From Candidatus Eiseniibacteriota bacterium (GTDB lineage Bacteria > Eisenbacteria > RBG-16-71-46), in the NCBI GenBank assembly GCA_025357055.1, contig JANXPZ010000125.1, positions 800-64,799 of the forward strand: a stretch of DNA of 64,000 bases, written 5' to 3'. The notes beneath the pieces are model-generated. The model was not told where the DNA came from. It did not search any database and saw only the letters and a program-made list of their open reading frames with translations. A program made the position numbers and the translations under genes. Below are positions 46,634-55,695 of the stretch, piece after piece (position 1 is the first letter of the stretch; each line of letters opens with the position of its first letter).

Positions 46634-46853
46634 GTGGGGCCTCCGAGTCGTGGGGGGACGACGCGGCCGCACGTCCATTCAACCAGTCCCTGCGGATAGG
46701 AATCGCCTATCCAGGCGCGGACCCTAGCACGGTGAAGTCGGGCCGGACAATGAATATTTGACCGGTCCTGTGCTCAAACGTGACGAGTGGATCGCTGGCC
46801 CATCGCCACCCCCCGGGGCGGGAGTCTCCCCGGCCGATTTCAGCCGTCCGGTC

Positions 46854-48602
46854 TCAGGGACGCCGCGGCGCGATGCCGAGTTCCTGCGCCAGTCGCAGGC
46901 CGTCCGGGTCGAGCGGATCGAGCGCGAGGCATTCGCGGACGGCGTCCGCGGCGGTGGAGCGGTCGCCGCGTCGCTGCGCGAGGAGCGCAGTCAGCAGCCA
47001 GTAATTGTTGTTCGGTCCGAAGAGGCGGATGCTGGCCTGGCGCAGTGAGTCGGCCCGCGCGTAGTTCTCCAGGCGCAAGGCAACCTGGGCCCGTGTCAGA
47101 TCGATCATGCCGAAGAAGGTGAGGTCCTCCCCCGGTTGGGTCCGCCGCGCCACGATGAGGAGAGAGTCCGCCTCCCGCCAGGAGCCCGTGAGGGTGCGTT
47201 CGTAAGCCGCGAAGTAGAGCGCCGCCGCCCGTGGTTCAATGACCGTGGCAGGCCAGGGCCGGTCGACGTCGTACTCGACCAGTGCGTCCCTGGGCGCGGT
47301 CATGCCGCCCTCACCGCCGAATCGCGCCCAGACCAGGCTGCTGTCGCCGTACCACAGTCGCAGCGCGCGCGGTCCGGCGAAGCCTACTTCGGTGAGCAAC
47401 GGAATATTCCAGAAACGCACGATGGCACGGTGCTTCAAGCGGGGCGCGTGCCCGAGCATCGCGCCCCGCGTGGACTCGACCACGCGTTGCAGGCGCGTGA
47501 TCCGTGCGAGTGAGAAACTGGACGCTGCCGGGGGCGGCTCGCTCGTGACGGTGGCGGGCGCCGGAGGCGCGAGCAGCAGCGCCGCCAGCCGCAGTGCCAC
47601 CAGCGCGCCCGCCAGCGCCGGGGAGGCGAGCGCGAGCCAGCCGGTCAGCGCGAAGCCGAGGCCGAGCGAGGCGACCGTGGTGCGCCACGCGTTCCAGTCC
47701 GGCAGCACGAAGACGAGCGGAACGACGCCGATGGCGAACCAAGCGAGACCGCCGAGCAGGGCGGGCGCCTCGCGCACGATCCGCCTGCGCGCCGCGCCTC
47801 GCAGCGAGAACACGAGGGCCGCCGCCGCGAGCAGGCCGCAGAGCGCGAGGAGCGGGCCGCGCAGCGCCGGGGCGAGGCCCTCGTAGCCCAACTGCGAGAC
47901 AAACGCCTGCACGAGCACCGCCCAGAGCGACATCGCCTGCAGGTCGGCTCCGACTCCCGGTGGCAGGCCCGCGCCGTGCGTGCGCGCGACGGCGTAGCCC
48001 GCTCCCCACAGCGCCGCGACGGCCAGCGTCACCGCGCTCCAGCGTGCGAGTTCGCTTCTCGATCGCGTGCGAAGCCACGTCAGGAGCGGGAGTGCGGGCA
48101 ACACGACGAAGGCCGCCTCGTTGCTGAGCAGCGCCAGCAGCGCCGCCGCGCCGGAGGTGAACAGGCTGCCCGCGGCCGCGCGCTCGATGGCGAGCGCAGC
48201 GAAGAGCGCGCCGAGCAGGTGCTGGGCGGCGCTCGGCCAGGCCAGGAAGATACGTGCCGGCTCGGCGAGGAGCGGGAAGCAGGCGAGGGCGGCCGCGACC
48301 GGCGCATCGAAGCGGCGGCGCGCGAGCCGGTAGAGCAAGGCGTAGAGGGCCAGCAGCAGGAGCGCGGCCAGCAGCGGTGCGAGCCAGGGGGCGCTCGGCA
48401 ACCACGGGCCCACCAGCAGGAAGTAGAGCTGGCGACTCACCGGGCGCCAGTAACAGGCCGCGCCCATCGGACCGAAGAAATCGAGCGACGGCGCGAAGGC
48501 GAGGTGCGAGAGGAAGATGTAGTCGTCGGCCACGGGCACGCCCAGCGTCGGCCCGCGGCTGGCCCAGAACAGCGGCAGGATGGCCAGCGCGCCCCCGAGC
48601 AC
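46854..48602 (-). CDS. Polytopic membrane protein with C-terminal TPR-like region (ArnT/PMT-like glycosyltransferase-like topology?); 5' end unresolved
   Basis: About 10 TM helices followed by a soluble region with TPR-like repeats ending at 46854; no clean start codon between 48602 and the upstream gene stop (48725); possible frameshift with the ATG at 48735. Confidence 0.4.
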   Translation of the reverse strand: MLGGALAILPLFWASRGPTLGVPVADDYIFLSHLAFAPSLDFFGPMGAACYWRPVSRQLYFLLVGPWLPSAPWLAPLLAALLLLALYALLYRLARRRFDAPVAAALACFPLLAEPARIFLAWPSAAQHLLGALFAALAIERAAAGSLFTSGAAALLALLSNEAAFVVLPALPLLTWLRTRSRSELARWSAVTLAVAALWGAGYAVARTHGAGLPPGVGADLQAMSLWAVLVQAFVSQLGYEGLAPALRGPLLALCGLLAAAALVFSLRGAARRRIVREAPALLGGLAWFAIGVVPLVFVLPDWNAWRTTVASLGLGFALTGWLALASPALAGALVALRLAALLLAPPAPATVTSEPPPAASSFSLARITRLQRVVESTRGAMLGHAPRLKHRAIVRFWNIPLLTEVGFAGPRALRLWYGDSSLVWARFGGEGGMTAPRDALVEYDVDRPWPATVIEPRAAALYFAAYERTLTGSWREADSLLIVARRTQPGEDLTFFGMIDLTRAQVALRLENYARADSLRQASIRLFGPNNNYWLLTALLAQRRGDRSTAADAVRECLALDPLDPDGLRLAQELGIAPRRP

Positions 48603-48724
48603 CCAGGGCAGGGTGGCGCGTGGGCGGCCTGCCGATGGCCGATCTCCGCCGCGCGGTGCGGCGGTGGCATGCGCGGCCCTCGTGCGGCCGCGCGGCTCGC
48701 GACGGCGCGCGCTGCGCCCCGGCG

Positions 48725-50569
48725 TCAGGGTCCATCTCCCGCGCGCGGGACGCGGACGCCCGCCCCGCTGCCGTCGGCGCTCGTGCTGTCCACGGGGAAC
48801 AGCACTTCGCGCGCGCGGCCGCGCAGCGTGACGTCCAGCGAGTCGGCCGGCGGCAGCAGCGCGGGGTCGAGCCAGCCCCTGGCGATCATGGCGCGGCCGA
48901 TGAAGTGCATCTGCGCGCGCTCGAAGGGGCGCAGCGATCCGTCGGGGGCGAAGCGGTAACGCCACTTCGTCGGCGCCGGCACCACCGTGGCGAGGAAGAG
49001 CGCCTCGTCCACCGTGACCCGCGCCGGGTCCTTGTCGAAGTAGTAGCGCGTGGCCTCGGCTGCGCCGTGGACGTCGGGGCCCCACTCGATGATGTTCAGG
49101 TAGAGCTCGAGCAGGCGATGCTTCGAGACGTCCGTGAGGTGCTCCAGCACCCAGGCCAGCACCACTTCCTGCCCCTTGCGTGAGAGCGTGCGCGCGTGGC
49201 CGAGCCACAGGTTGCGCACCAGCTGCATGGTGACCGTGCCTGCGCCCCGGCGCCAGGCGCCCGCCTTCACGTTGAAGGCGATGGCGAGCTGGATGGCGCC
49301 GGGGTTGAAGCCGCGGTGGCGGAAGAAGCCGCCGTCCTCGTTCGTGAGCACGGCATGGACCAGGGTCGAGTCGATGTCCTCGAGCGGGCGGAAGAAGGGA
49401 TTCAGCGACGACAGCTCCCGGGTGACCAGGCGTCCGTGCGGCAGGTGGATGGTGGCCAGGAAAGGCTGCTCGAGGCGGAACAGGTCGAGCGTGGTGCGCG
49501 CGGAGTCGAGGCGGAGCCCGTGCGGGATGACATCGGCCGCGAAGCGGACGCTGTCGGGTCGCGCGAGGTCGAGGTCGAGCGTGAGCCGGTAGTCGAAGGA
49601 GCCGCGCACGGTGAGCCCGGTGAGGGGGCCGAGCACCTCGCGTGGCACGCTGGCCAGGACCCGCGCCTCGGTGATGTCGTCGGCGGCGAGGCGGAAGACG
49701 AGCCGGGGGCCGTTTCGATCGATCGAGCCGCCGAGCGTGACCGGGAGTCTGCCGAAGGAGATCCGCGTCGAGTCCGCGAGCCGGAGCACGCCCGCGCGGC
49801 GGTCCTGCCTGAGTGCCCCGTCCACGATGACGCGCAGGCGCCCCGCGGGTCCGTCCGCGGGGTCGCCGAGGCCCAGCAGGGCGGCGCCCGTGAGCCGGTC
49901 GTCGTGTCCGTAGGAGAGTTCCACGTCGAAGGGGACCTCGTGTTCGAGGGCGAGCGCCCCGGTCGCGCGCAGGCGCATGCCGCCGGGGGCGTGGTCGAGC
50001 GCGAGCCAGGCGAGCCGCCCGCCACGCAGCGGAGCGTCCCCGGCCGCGGGCTCCGCGATCACGAGGTCGCGCACCTCGAGGCGCGGCAGCCGCCGCGCAG
50101 GCGCGAGCAGCAGGCCCGCCAGCGACTCGGCCGCGTGGCGCAACTTCGCGGCGCGCGGGCTGACCGCGGCGGCGGGCTCCTCTTCGGGGCCGAGGGTGTC
50201 GGGCAGGCTGGCGTGCCGCGCGACCAGCCGCAGGCGCGCGTGGGCGACCGCGACGTCGCTGGCGCGCGGGCGGAGGACGAGGAGCGACCAGGGATCCACC
50301 GCGACCCCGAGCGAGTCGGCGGTGACGAGCGTGTCGCCCAGGGCACGTTCGCAGACCACGATCCCGCGCAACTCGGCGCGCAGCGGGAAGCGCACGCGCA
50401 GACGCTCCCAGCGGACGGTGAGCCCGCGCTGGCCGGCGGCGTGCCGCAGTCCCCAGGAGATCGCGGCCGGCGTCAGCAGGCGCGCTGCGAGCAGTGCGGC
50501 GAGCAGGACGGCGGCGGCGATCCAGATCCGTCGCGTGCGCATGGCGCCGGGGACTCTACCTGCCCGCAA
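48725..50569 (-). CDS. Large protein with N-terminal signal-anchor/AsmA-like region and C-terminal peptidoglycan glycosyltransferase (GT51) domain
   Basis: C-terminal ...VLTNEDGGFFRHRGFNPGAI...GAGTVTMQLVRNLWLG...RKGQEVVLAWVLEHLTDVSKHRLLELYLNIIEWGP... = GT51 motifs (EDxxFxxHxG, GxSTxTQQ, RKxxE, YLN). Confidence 0.6.
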   Translation of the reverse strand: MRAGRVPGAMRTRRIWIAAAVLLAALLAARLLTPAAISWGLRHAAGQRGLTVRWERLRVRFPLRAELRGIVVCERALGDTLVTADSLGVAVDPWSLLVLRPRASDVAVAHARLRLVARHASLPDTLGPEEEPAAAVSPRAAKLRHAAESLAGLLLAPARRLPRLEVRDLVIAEPAAGDAPLRGGRLAWLALDHAPGGMRLRATGALALEHEVPFDVELSYGHDDRLTGAALLGLGDPADGPAGRLRVIVDGALRQDRRAGVLRLADSTRISFGRLPVTLGGSIDRNGPRLVFRLAADDITEARVLASVPREVLGPLTGLTVRGSFDYRLTLDLDLARPDSVRFAADVIPHGLRLDSARTTLDLFRLEQPFLATIHLPHGRLVTRELSSLNPFFRPLEDIDSTLVHAVLTNEDGGFFRHRGFNPGAIQLAIAFNVKAGAWRRGAGTVTMQLVRNLWLGHARTLSRKGQEVVLAWVLEHLTDVSKHRLLELYLNIIEWGPDVHGAAEATRYYFDKDPARVTVDEALFLATVVPAPTKWRYRFAPDGSLRPFERAQMHFIGRAMIARGWLDPALLPPADSLDVTLRGRAREVLFPVDSTSADGSGAGVRVPRAGDGP

Positions 50570-50614
50570 GAGGCCCGGCCAACGGGGCCGCGGCGGTACG
50601 CGCCCGGGCTCCGT

Positions 50615-50980
50615 TCACTCTCCCCGGTAGGTGCAGCGCGCCGTGCAGGTCTCGTGCACGGTGATGGCCGCGAGCCCGGAAAGCCCGGGCGCGAGCCGCC
50701 GCCACAGCCAGCCGCAGAGCACCTCGGAGGTGGCGTTCTCGAGACCGGGCACGTCGTTCAGCGTGCGGTGGTCCAGTTCGCCCTGAAGCACGGGCTCGAC
50801 CACGGCCGTGATGCCGGCGTAGTCCACCAGCCAGCCGGTCTTGGTGTCCACCTCGCCCGCCACCGTGATCTCGATGCGGAACGAGTGGCCGTGCAGGCGG
50901 TGGCACTTGTGCTCGGGCGGCACCATCGGCAGGCGATGCGCCGCTTCGAAGCGGAACTCCTTGGTCAGCTCGACACGCAT
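50615..50980 (-). CDS. queD: 6-carboxy-5,6,7,8-tetrahydropterin synthase
   Basis: MRVELTKEFRFEAAHRLP...HKCHRLHGHSF... matches the QueD/PTPS family with Cys-His-His zinc motif; 121 aa. Confidence 0.8.
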   Translation of the reverse strand: MRVELTKEFRFEAAHRLPMVPPEHKCHRLHGHSFRIEITVAGEVDTKTGWLVDYAGITAVVEPVLQGELDHRTLNDVPGLENATSEVLCGWLWRRLAPGLSGLAAITVHETCTARCTYRGE

Positions 50981-50982
50981 GG

Positions 50983-51719
50983 TCAGGTCCGGGAAGTGGG
51001 CTCGAGGCCCGGAAGGTCCGTCACGTAGCGCACGGGGTCGGGCAGGCCGGCCTCGCGGAAGCCCTTCAGGCGCAGCAGGCAGGCGTCGCAACGTCCGCAG
51101 GCCGCGCAGGCGCCCGGCGAAGCCGGGTCCGGGGCGGGATCGTAGCAGGTGTGGGTGAGCGAGTAGTCGAGCCCGAGCGAGCGCCCGAGCCGGATCACGC
51201 CGGCCTTGTCGAGGCTCATGAGCGGGGTGTGCACGGTGAAGACCGCGCCCCCCGCGCCGGCGCGGGTGGCCAGGTTCGCGAGGGCCTCGAAGGCGCGCAC
51301 GAACTCGGGGCGGCAGTCCGGGTAGCCCGAGTAATCGAGCGCGTTCATGCCGGCCACCAGGTCGTGCGCGTCGAGTGTCTCCGCCAGGGCAAGGGCGAGG
51401 CCCAGCAGCACGGTGTTGCGCGCGGGCACGTAGGTGACGGGGATGTCCGCTCCCATCGCGCGCTCGTCGCGGTCGCGCGGGACCTCGAGGTCGGCGGTCA
51501 GGGCGGAGCCACCGATGGCGCGCAGGTCCAGCTTGAGCTCGCGGTGCCCGGCCGATCCGAGGGCCTGCGCCACGCGCCGCGCGGCCTCCAGTTCCACGCG
51601 GTGGCGCTGGCCGTAGTCCACGGCGAGCGTCCAGCACTCGAAGCCCCGCTCGCGTGCCCAGGCGAGGCAGGTGGAGGAGTCGAGTCCGCCCGAGAGCAGC
51701 ACGACCGCGCGTGCGCTCA
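50983..51719 (-). CDS. queC: 7-cyano-7-deazaguanine synthase
   Basis: GTG start; ...[18 protein letters not shown]... PP-loop; C-terminal CxxCxxC...C zinc motif ([10 protein letters not shown]). Confidence 0.8.
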
Positions 51720-51730
51720 CGCCGGGGCCC

Positions 51731-52401
51731 TCACACGCCCCGCCTCGCGCCCCACAGCCAGACGTGGAGACGCGGCGAGAGCCGGAAGCCGTGGCGTTTG
51801 CAGACCTCGGAGAGCGCCACCGCCCGTTCGCGCAACCCGTCGTCGGTGTAGCCCTCGGGCATGAGCATGACGCGCCCGGGCGGGATGGCGTGCTCCTTGA
51901 GCAGGCGCAGCGCGTCGGTCTCGTCGGGCGCATCGCCCACGACGATCTTGAACGTGGCGTTGGGCTCGGCGAGCCAGGCGGCGGTGTGCCGCCAGGTCTG
52001 CTCCCAGCGCGGCGTGGCCCGGGGCAGCTTGGGCGAGACGTTCCACAGCAGCTGTTCGTGCGAGTGCGGTGGCGGCAGCACGCCGGCGGTCTCGACCTCC
52101 ACGCGCTCCCAGCGGTCGAGCGCCTGCTCGAGGAGCGGGACCAGGGCCGGCGTCTCGAGCGGCTCGCCGCCAGTCACGACCAGCAACGGTGCGGAGCCGA
52201 GGGCGCGAAGTTCATCGAGCAACAGGCCGGGCTCGCAGTCACGCCCGCCGGCGGTGTCCCAGGAGTACTTCGTGTCGCACCAGCTGCAGCCGACAGAGCA
52301 GCCCTGCAGGCGCAGGAAGTGCGCCGGCACGCCGGCCGATGGCCCCTCGCCCTGGAGCGAGAGGAAGATCTCGCCCACACGCACGGTGGTGATGGTGGAC
52401 A
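51731..52401 (-). CDS. queE: 7-carboxy-7-deazaguanine synthase (radical SAM)
   Basis: [24 protein letters not shown]...[18 protein letters not shown] (Cx14CxxC-type QueE motif); 223 aa. Confidence 0.75.
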
Positions 52402-52404
52402 TGC

Positions 52405-52587
52405 TCAGTGTCCGGCCCCGCGGTGGAGATCGAACTCCTTGCGACAGTTGAAGCACTTCCAGTGGTAGGCCGGCTGGGCGGCGGGCCAGGCGACGTAGTC
52501 GTTGCGGCCGCAGCCGGGGCACGAGATGCGCGTGCGCCCGGTCCTGCCTTCGGCGGCGAGCGAGTCCTGCGAGATCTCCTGCATCAT
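52405..52587 (-). CDS. Small zinc-ribbon protein (60 aa), hypothetical
   Basis: CPGCGRND...CFNCRKEF double CxxC; stop 3 nt upstream of the queE start. Confidence 0.35.
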   Translation of the reverse strand: MMQEISQDSLAAEGRTGRTRISCPGCGRNDYVAWPAAQPAYHWKCFNCRKEFDLHRGAGH

Positions 52588-52684
52588 GGATCGTCCGGGA
52601 TCGAGGTGGGACTGCGCGGTGGGAGCGAACGCGGGAGTATAGGCGCCCGGCGCAGGGCTGGGAAAGGGGTGCTGGTGCAGGCGC

Positions 52685-53782
52685 CTACCGGAACAGCGCG
52701 GCCTCCGCGCTCAGGCCGGGGCCGAAGCCGATCGCCAGGCACGGTCGCTTCGCGTCGCGGCGGCGCAGGCGCTCGAGGATGAACAGGATGGTCGGCGACG
52801 ACATGTTGCCGAACTCGGCCAGCACGTCGTGGGACACGGCGAAGTCCGCGCGGGTGCGCCCCGTCACCTGGGCGCAGGCCTCGAGGATGCGTGGCCCCCC
52901 GGGATGCACGGCCCAGCTCGCCACGTCCTCGACGCTCAGCGCCTGGCTGGCGAGCCACGGGTCCAGCCAGGGCCTCAGCGATGCCTGGATCAGGCCGGGC
53001 ACGCGCGGCGACAGCGTCATCTGGAAACCGTGGTCGCCGATCCGCCAGGTCATCTCCTCCGCCGAGTCGTCGAGCAGCGCAGAGGCGCTGGCGACCAGCT
53101 CCCAGTCCTCGTGTCCCGTCCTCGCGGTGCCGCCGGCCACCACGGCGCCCGCCCCGTCGCCGAACAGCGCGTTGGCGACCACCAGGTCGGGCGACCAGCC
53201 GTACTGGAAGTGCAGCGAGCACAATTCCACCGCGCAGATCAGCACGCAGGCCTGCGGGGACGAATCCGTGAACGCCTTCGCCACGCGCAGCGCGTGGAAG
53301 GCGCCGTGGCAGCCCATGAACCCGAGGTGCGTGCGCGCGGTCGTCGCGGGCAGGCCCAGCTGGCGCATCAGCCGCACGTCGAAGCCGGGGGCGACGAACC
53401 CGGTACAGGAGACGGTGACGAGGTGCGTGATCTCGCCGGGTGAGCGCCCCGCGTCCGCCAGCGCGGCCGCCGCGGCCGTGACGGCCAGCCGGGGCGCCTC
53501 GGTCTCGTACCGTTGCATGCGCACCGACGTGGACGGACCCTGGTCCTCCGTGTCGCGCCGTGGGGGATAGAAGGTCTGGCCGGCCACTCCAGCGGCGCCG
53601 GGCGACTCCTGCAGCACGCTGCGCCGGGTCCGGATGCGCGAGAGCCGGTAGATCGCGCGCATCTGGCGGCGCTGCTCGTCGTCCTCCGGTCCGAGCGCTT
53701 CTGCGAAGGCCGCGGCCTGTTCCTGCGTGGCCTCGTGAAGCGGCGTGCCCGTCCCCAGGCCCTCGATCCACAGACTCATCAT
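52685..53782 (-). CDS. Type III polyketide synthase (chalcone/stilbene-synthase family; SrsA/ArsB-like)
   Basis: ...VSCTGFVAPG... (active-site Cys region), ...GFMGCHGAFHAL..., C-terminal ...GFGPGL...; start MMSLWIEG at 53782. Confidence 0.75.
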   Translation of the reverse strand: MMSLWIEGLGTGTPLHEATQEQAAAFAEALGPEDDEQRRQMRAIYRLSRIRTRRSVLQESPGAAGVAGQTFYPPRRDTEDQGPSTSVRMQRYETEAPRLAVTAAAAALADAGRSPGEITHLVTVSCTGFVAPGFDVRLMRQLGLPATTARTHLGFMGCHGAFHALRVAKAFTDSSPQACVLICAVELCSLHFQYGWSPDLVVANALFGDGAGAVVAGGTARTGHEDWELVASASALLDDSAEEMTWRIGDHGFQMTLSPRVPGLIQASLRPWLDPWLASQALSVEDVASWAVHPGGPRILEACAQVTGRTRADFAVSHDVLAEFGNMSSPTILFILERLRRRDAKRPCLAIGFGPGLSAEAALFR

Positions 53783-54996
53783 GTCCCTCCCGTCTTCGTG
53801 TGCGGGCCGGCGCCGAGCCTGGTGACGACCGGGTGCGCCAGCGACGGCCAATGTGCGAGCGACCCGATGGCCAGCCGAACGGCCCACGGCGCCCGCAGCG
53901 TGCGGGCGATCATCCTGCACGCGCGTTGCTGGCGGCCGATCAACGAGGCGCGCGTCGCGATCCACTCGCGTTCCAGGAGTCCGTCCCACGCGCCCAGGCC
54001 CCGCTGGATGAACGGCAGGGCTGCGCCGGCTGTCGCCAGCGCCCACGCCATTCCCTCACCGGTGAACGGCTCGACGTAGCCGGCGGTGTCTCCCACGAGC
54101 AGCACGCGACGGCCGACCGGGCGGAGCGTGCGCCGCGTCAGGGGGAGCGTGCCCAGCCAGTCGAGCGAGTCGAAGGCGCCGCTCACCGGGACGCCTGCAT
54201 CCTCGAGCACGCGCACGACGCTGCGGCCGGGGGAGCCGCACTGCCGGATGAAGCGCGGATCCAGCGCGGCGCCCACGTGGACCTGGCCCTCCTCGACCCT
54301 CACCACGCCGACGTAGCCCGACCGGCCGATGGCCATCGTGATCGTTCCGGGTGGAAGGGCCAGGGCGCCAGCCGGGGCCATGCTGCCCATCCCGATGCGG
54401 GAGTTCGCGGTCACCACGCTCTCGAACTCACCGCACGCCCGCAGGCTCGTCTGTGCCAGACCATCGGCGGCGATGACGATGCGGGCTTCGACCGGGACCG
54501 CGGGTTGGCCGCGGACGCTGAGTTCCACGAGGCGCTGGCCGGCAGACGCGGCCTGCGCCGGCTCGCGGGCGATGATCGCGGTGGTCTCGGGCAGGAACCG
54601 CGCCCCCGCCTCGATGGCCGCCGCGGCCAGCATCGCGTCCAGCGTGCGACGCGACACCGCCACGCCCGGGGGCATGGGGATCGACGAGTGCCGCCCATCC
54701 TGCAGGAGGCGCACCGTGGTGATCGCGGGCCCGCCGAGGCGGGCGAGACCATCGCCCAGGCCGGCGCGCTGCAGCGCCTCGACCGCGGTGTGGTTCAGGC
54801 ATCCGCCGCAGGCCTTGGCGCGGGGAAAGGGCGATCGTTCGACCAGCAGCGTGGCCAGGCCCGCGCGCGCGGCCTCCCGCGCGGCGAACGCCCCGCCGGG
54901 CCCCGCCCCGATGACCAGCACGTCCCAGGTCCTCGCCGTCGCACCCGGGACGTCGATCGTGGCGCTCATGCGCGCGGTCGCGTCAGCGTTCGCCAT
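53779..54996 (-). CDS. FAD-dependent oxidoreductase/monooxygenase (geranylgeranyl-reductase-like; SrsC-like)
   Basis: ...WDVLVIGAGPGGAFAAREAARAG... Rossmann FAD motif; ...LVGDTAGYVEPFTGEGM... GD motif. Confidence 0.7.
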   Translation of the reverse strand: MANADATARMSATIDVPGATARTWDVLVIGAGPGGAFAAREAARAGLATLLVERSPFPRAKACGGCLNHTAVEALQRAGLGDGLARLGGPAITTVRLLQDGRHSSIPMPPGVAVSRRTLDAMLAAAAIEAGARFLPETTAIIAREPAQAASAGQRLVELSVRGQPAVPVEARIVIAADGLAQTSLRACGEFESVVTANSRIGMGSMAPAGALALPPGTITMAIGRSGYVGVVRVEEGQVHVGAALDPRFIRQCGSPGRSVVRVLEDAGVPVSGAFDSLDWLGTLPLTRRTLRPVGRRVLLVGDTAGYVEPFTGEGMAWALATAGAALPFIQRGLGAWDGLLEREWIATRASLIGRQQRACRMIARTLRAPWAVRLAIGSLAHWPSLAHPVVTRLGAGPHTKTGGT

Positions 54997-55660
54997 CGCA
55001 CCTCCAGGTCAGCAGGAAGCGCTGGGGCCAGCGCGCGACGATCTGCGCGCCGGTGAGGCCGGCGCGCTCGGCGAGGCGCCGGGTTTCGTGCATGGTGAAC
55101 GCCGCCTCGACCGAGCGCGGGCCATCGACGTGGAACACGCGCGAACGCGAGAGCAGCCGGCATCCCGCCCAGGCGAACAGGTACCCGAGGCGGGTCCTTC
55201 GCAGGTCGGAGACCAGGACCAGGTGACGCGCCGCGGCCCGCATGCGGCGCAGGAGCGTCTCCGCCTCCTCGTCACCGAGATGGTGCAGGAACAGCGAGCA
55301 GAGCACGACGTCGAAGCCGTCCGGCAGCGGTTGGCGCGCGACGTCGAGGGTGGCGAAGGTCACGTGTCGCAGCCCCGCGCGGGTCGCCCGGGCGCGGGCG
55401 TGGTCGATCGCCACGGGGTTGAGATCGACTCCGCAGGCCTCGAGCGCAACGCTTTCGCGGGCGCAACGACGGGCCAGGTCGATGATGACGTGACCGCCGC
55501 CGCAGGCGAGATCGAGGATCCGCAGGGGGCGCCCGGCGCGCGGCACGACCTCACGGATCGCGGGCCAGATCGACGCGGCGCTGCGGCTGACCCGGTGGGC
55601 GCGGCCGAGACCGTCGAGCGCCTCCCGGTGCGCGCGAGGGTCGAGGCCGGGCTGATCCAT
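54983..55660 (-). CDS. Class I SAM-dependent methyltransferase (SrsB-like)
   Basis: ...RILDLACGGGHVIIDLA... motif I; ...FDVVLCSLFLHHL...; start MDQPGLDPRA at 55660. Confidence 0.7.
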   Translation of the reverse strand: MDQPGLDPRAHREALDGLGRAHRVSRSAASIWPAIREVVPRAGRPLRILDLACGGGHVIIDLARRCARESVALEACGVDLNPVAIDHARARATRAGLRHVTFATLDVARQPLPDGFDVVLCSLFLHHLGDEEAETLLRRMRAAARHLVLVSDLRRTRLGYLFAWAGCRLLSRSRVFHVDGPRSVEAAFTMHETRRLAERAGLTGAQIVARWPQRFLLTWRCDGER

Positions 55661-55695
55661 CCACTCGGGCTGGCGGTGACGCCGGGCGGAGACCA

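Noticed and set aside
39956-46699. Large plus-strand ORFs (39956..44347, 45128..46699) opposite the BNR and FG-GAP genes
   Set aside because: Extremely R/G/A/E-rich, no domain logic; antisense artefacts of GC-rich repeat genes
47311-48735. 474-aa ORF starting with an ATG right after the upstream stop
   Set aside because: Translation is Arg/Ala-rich nonsense; the hydrophobic coding signal is in the other frame (46854..49208)
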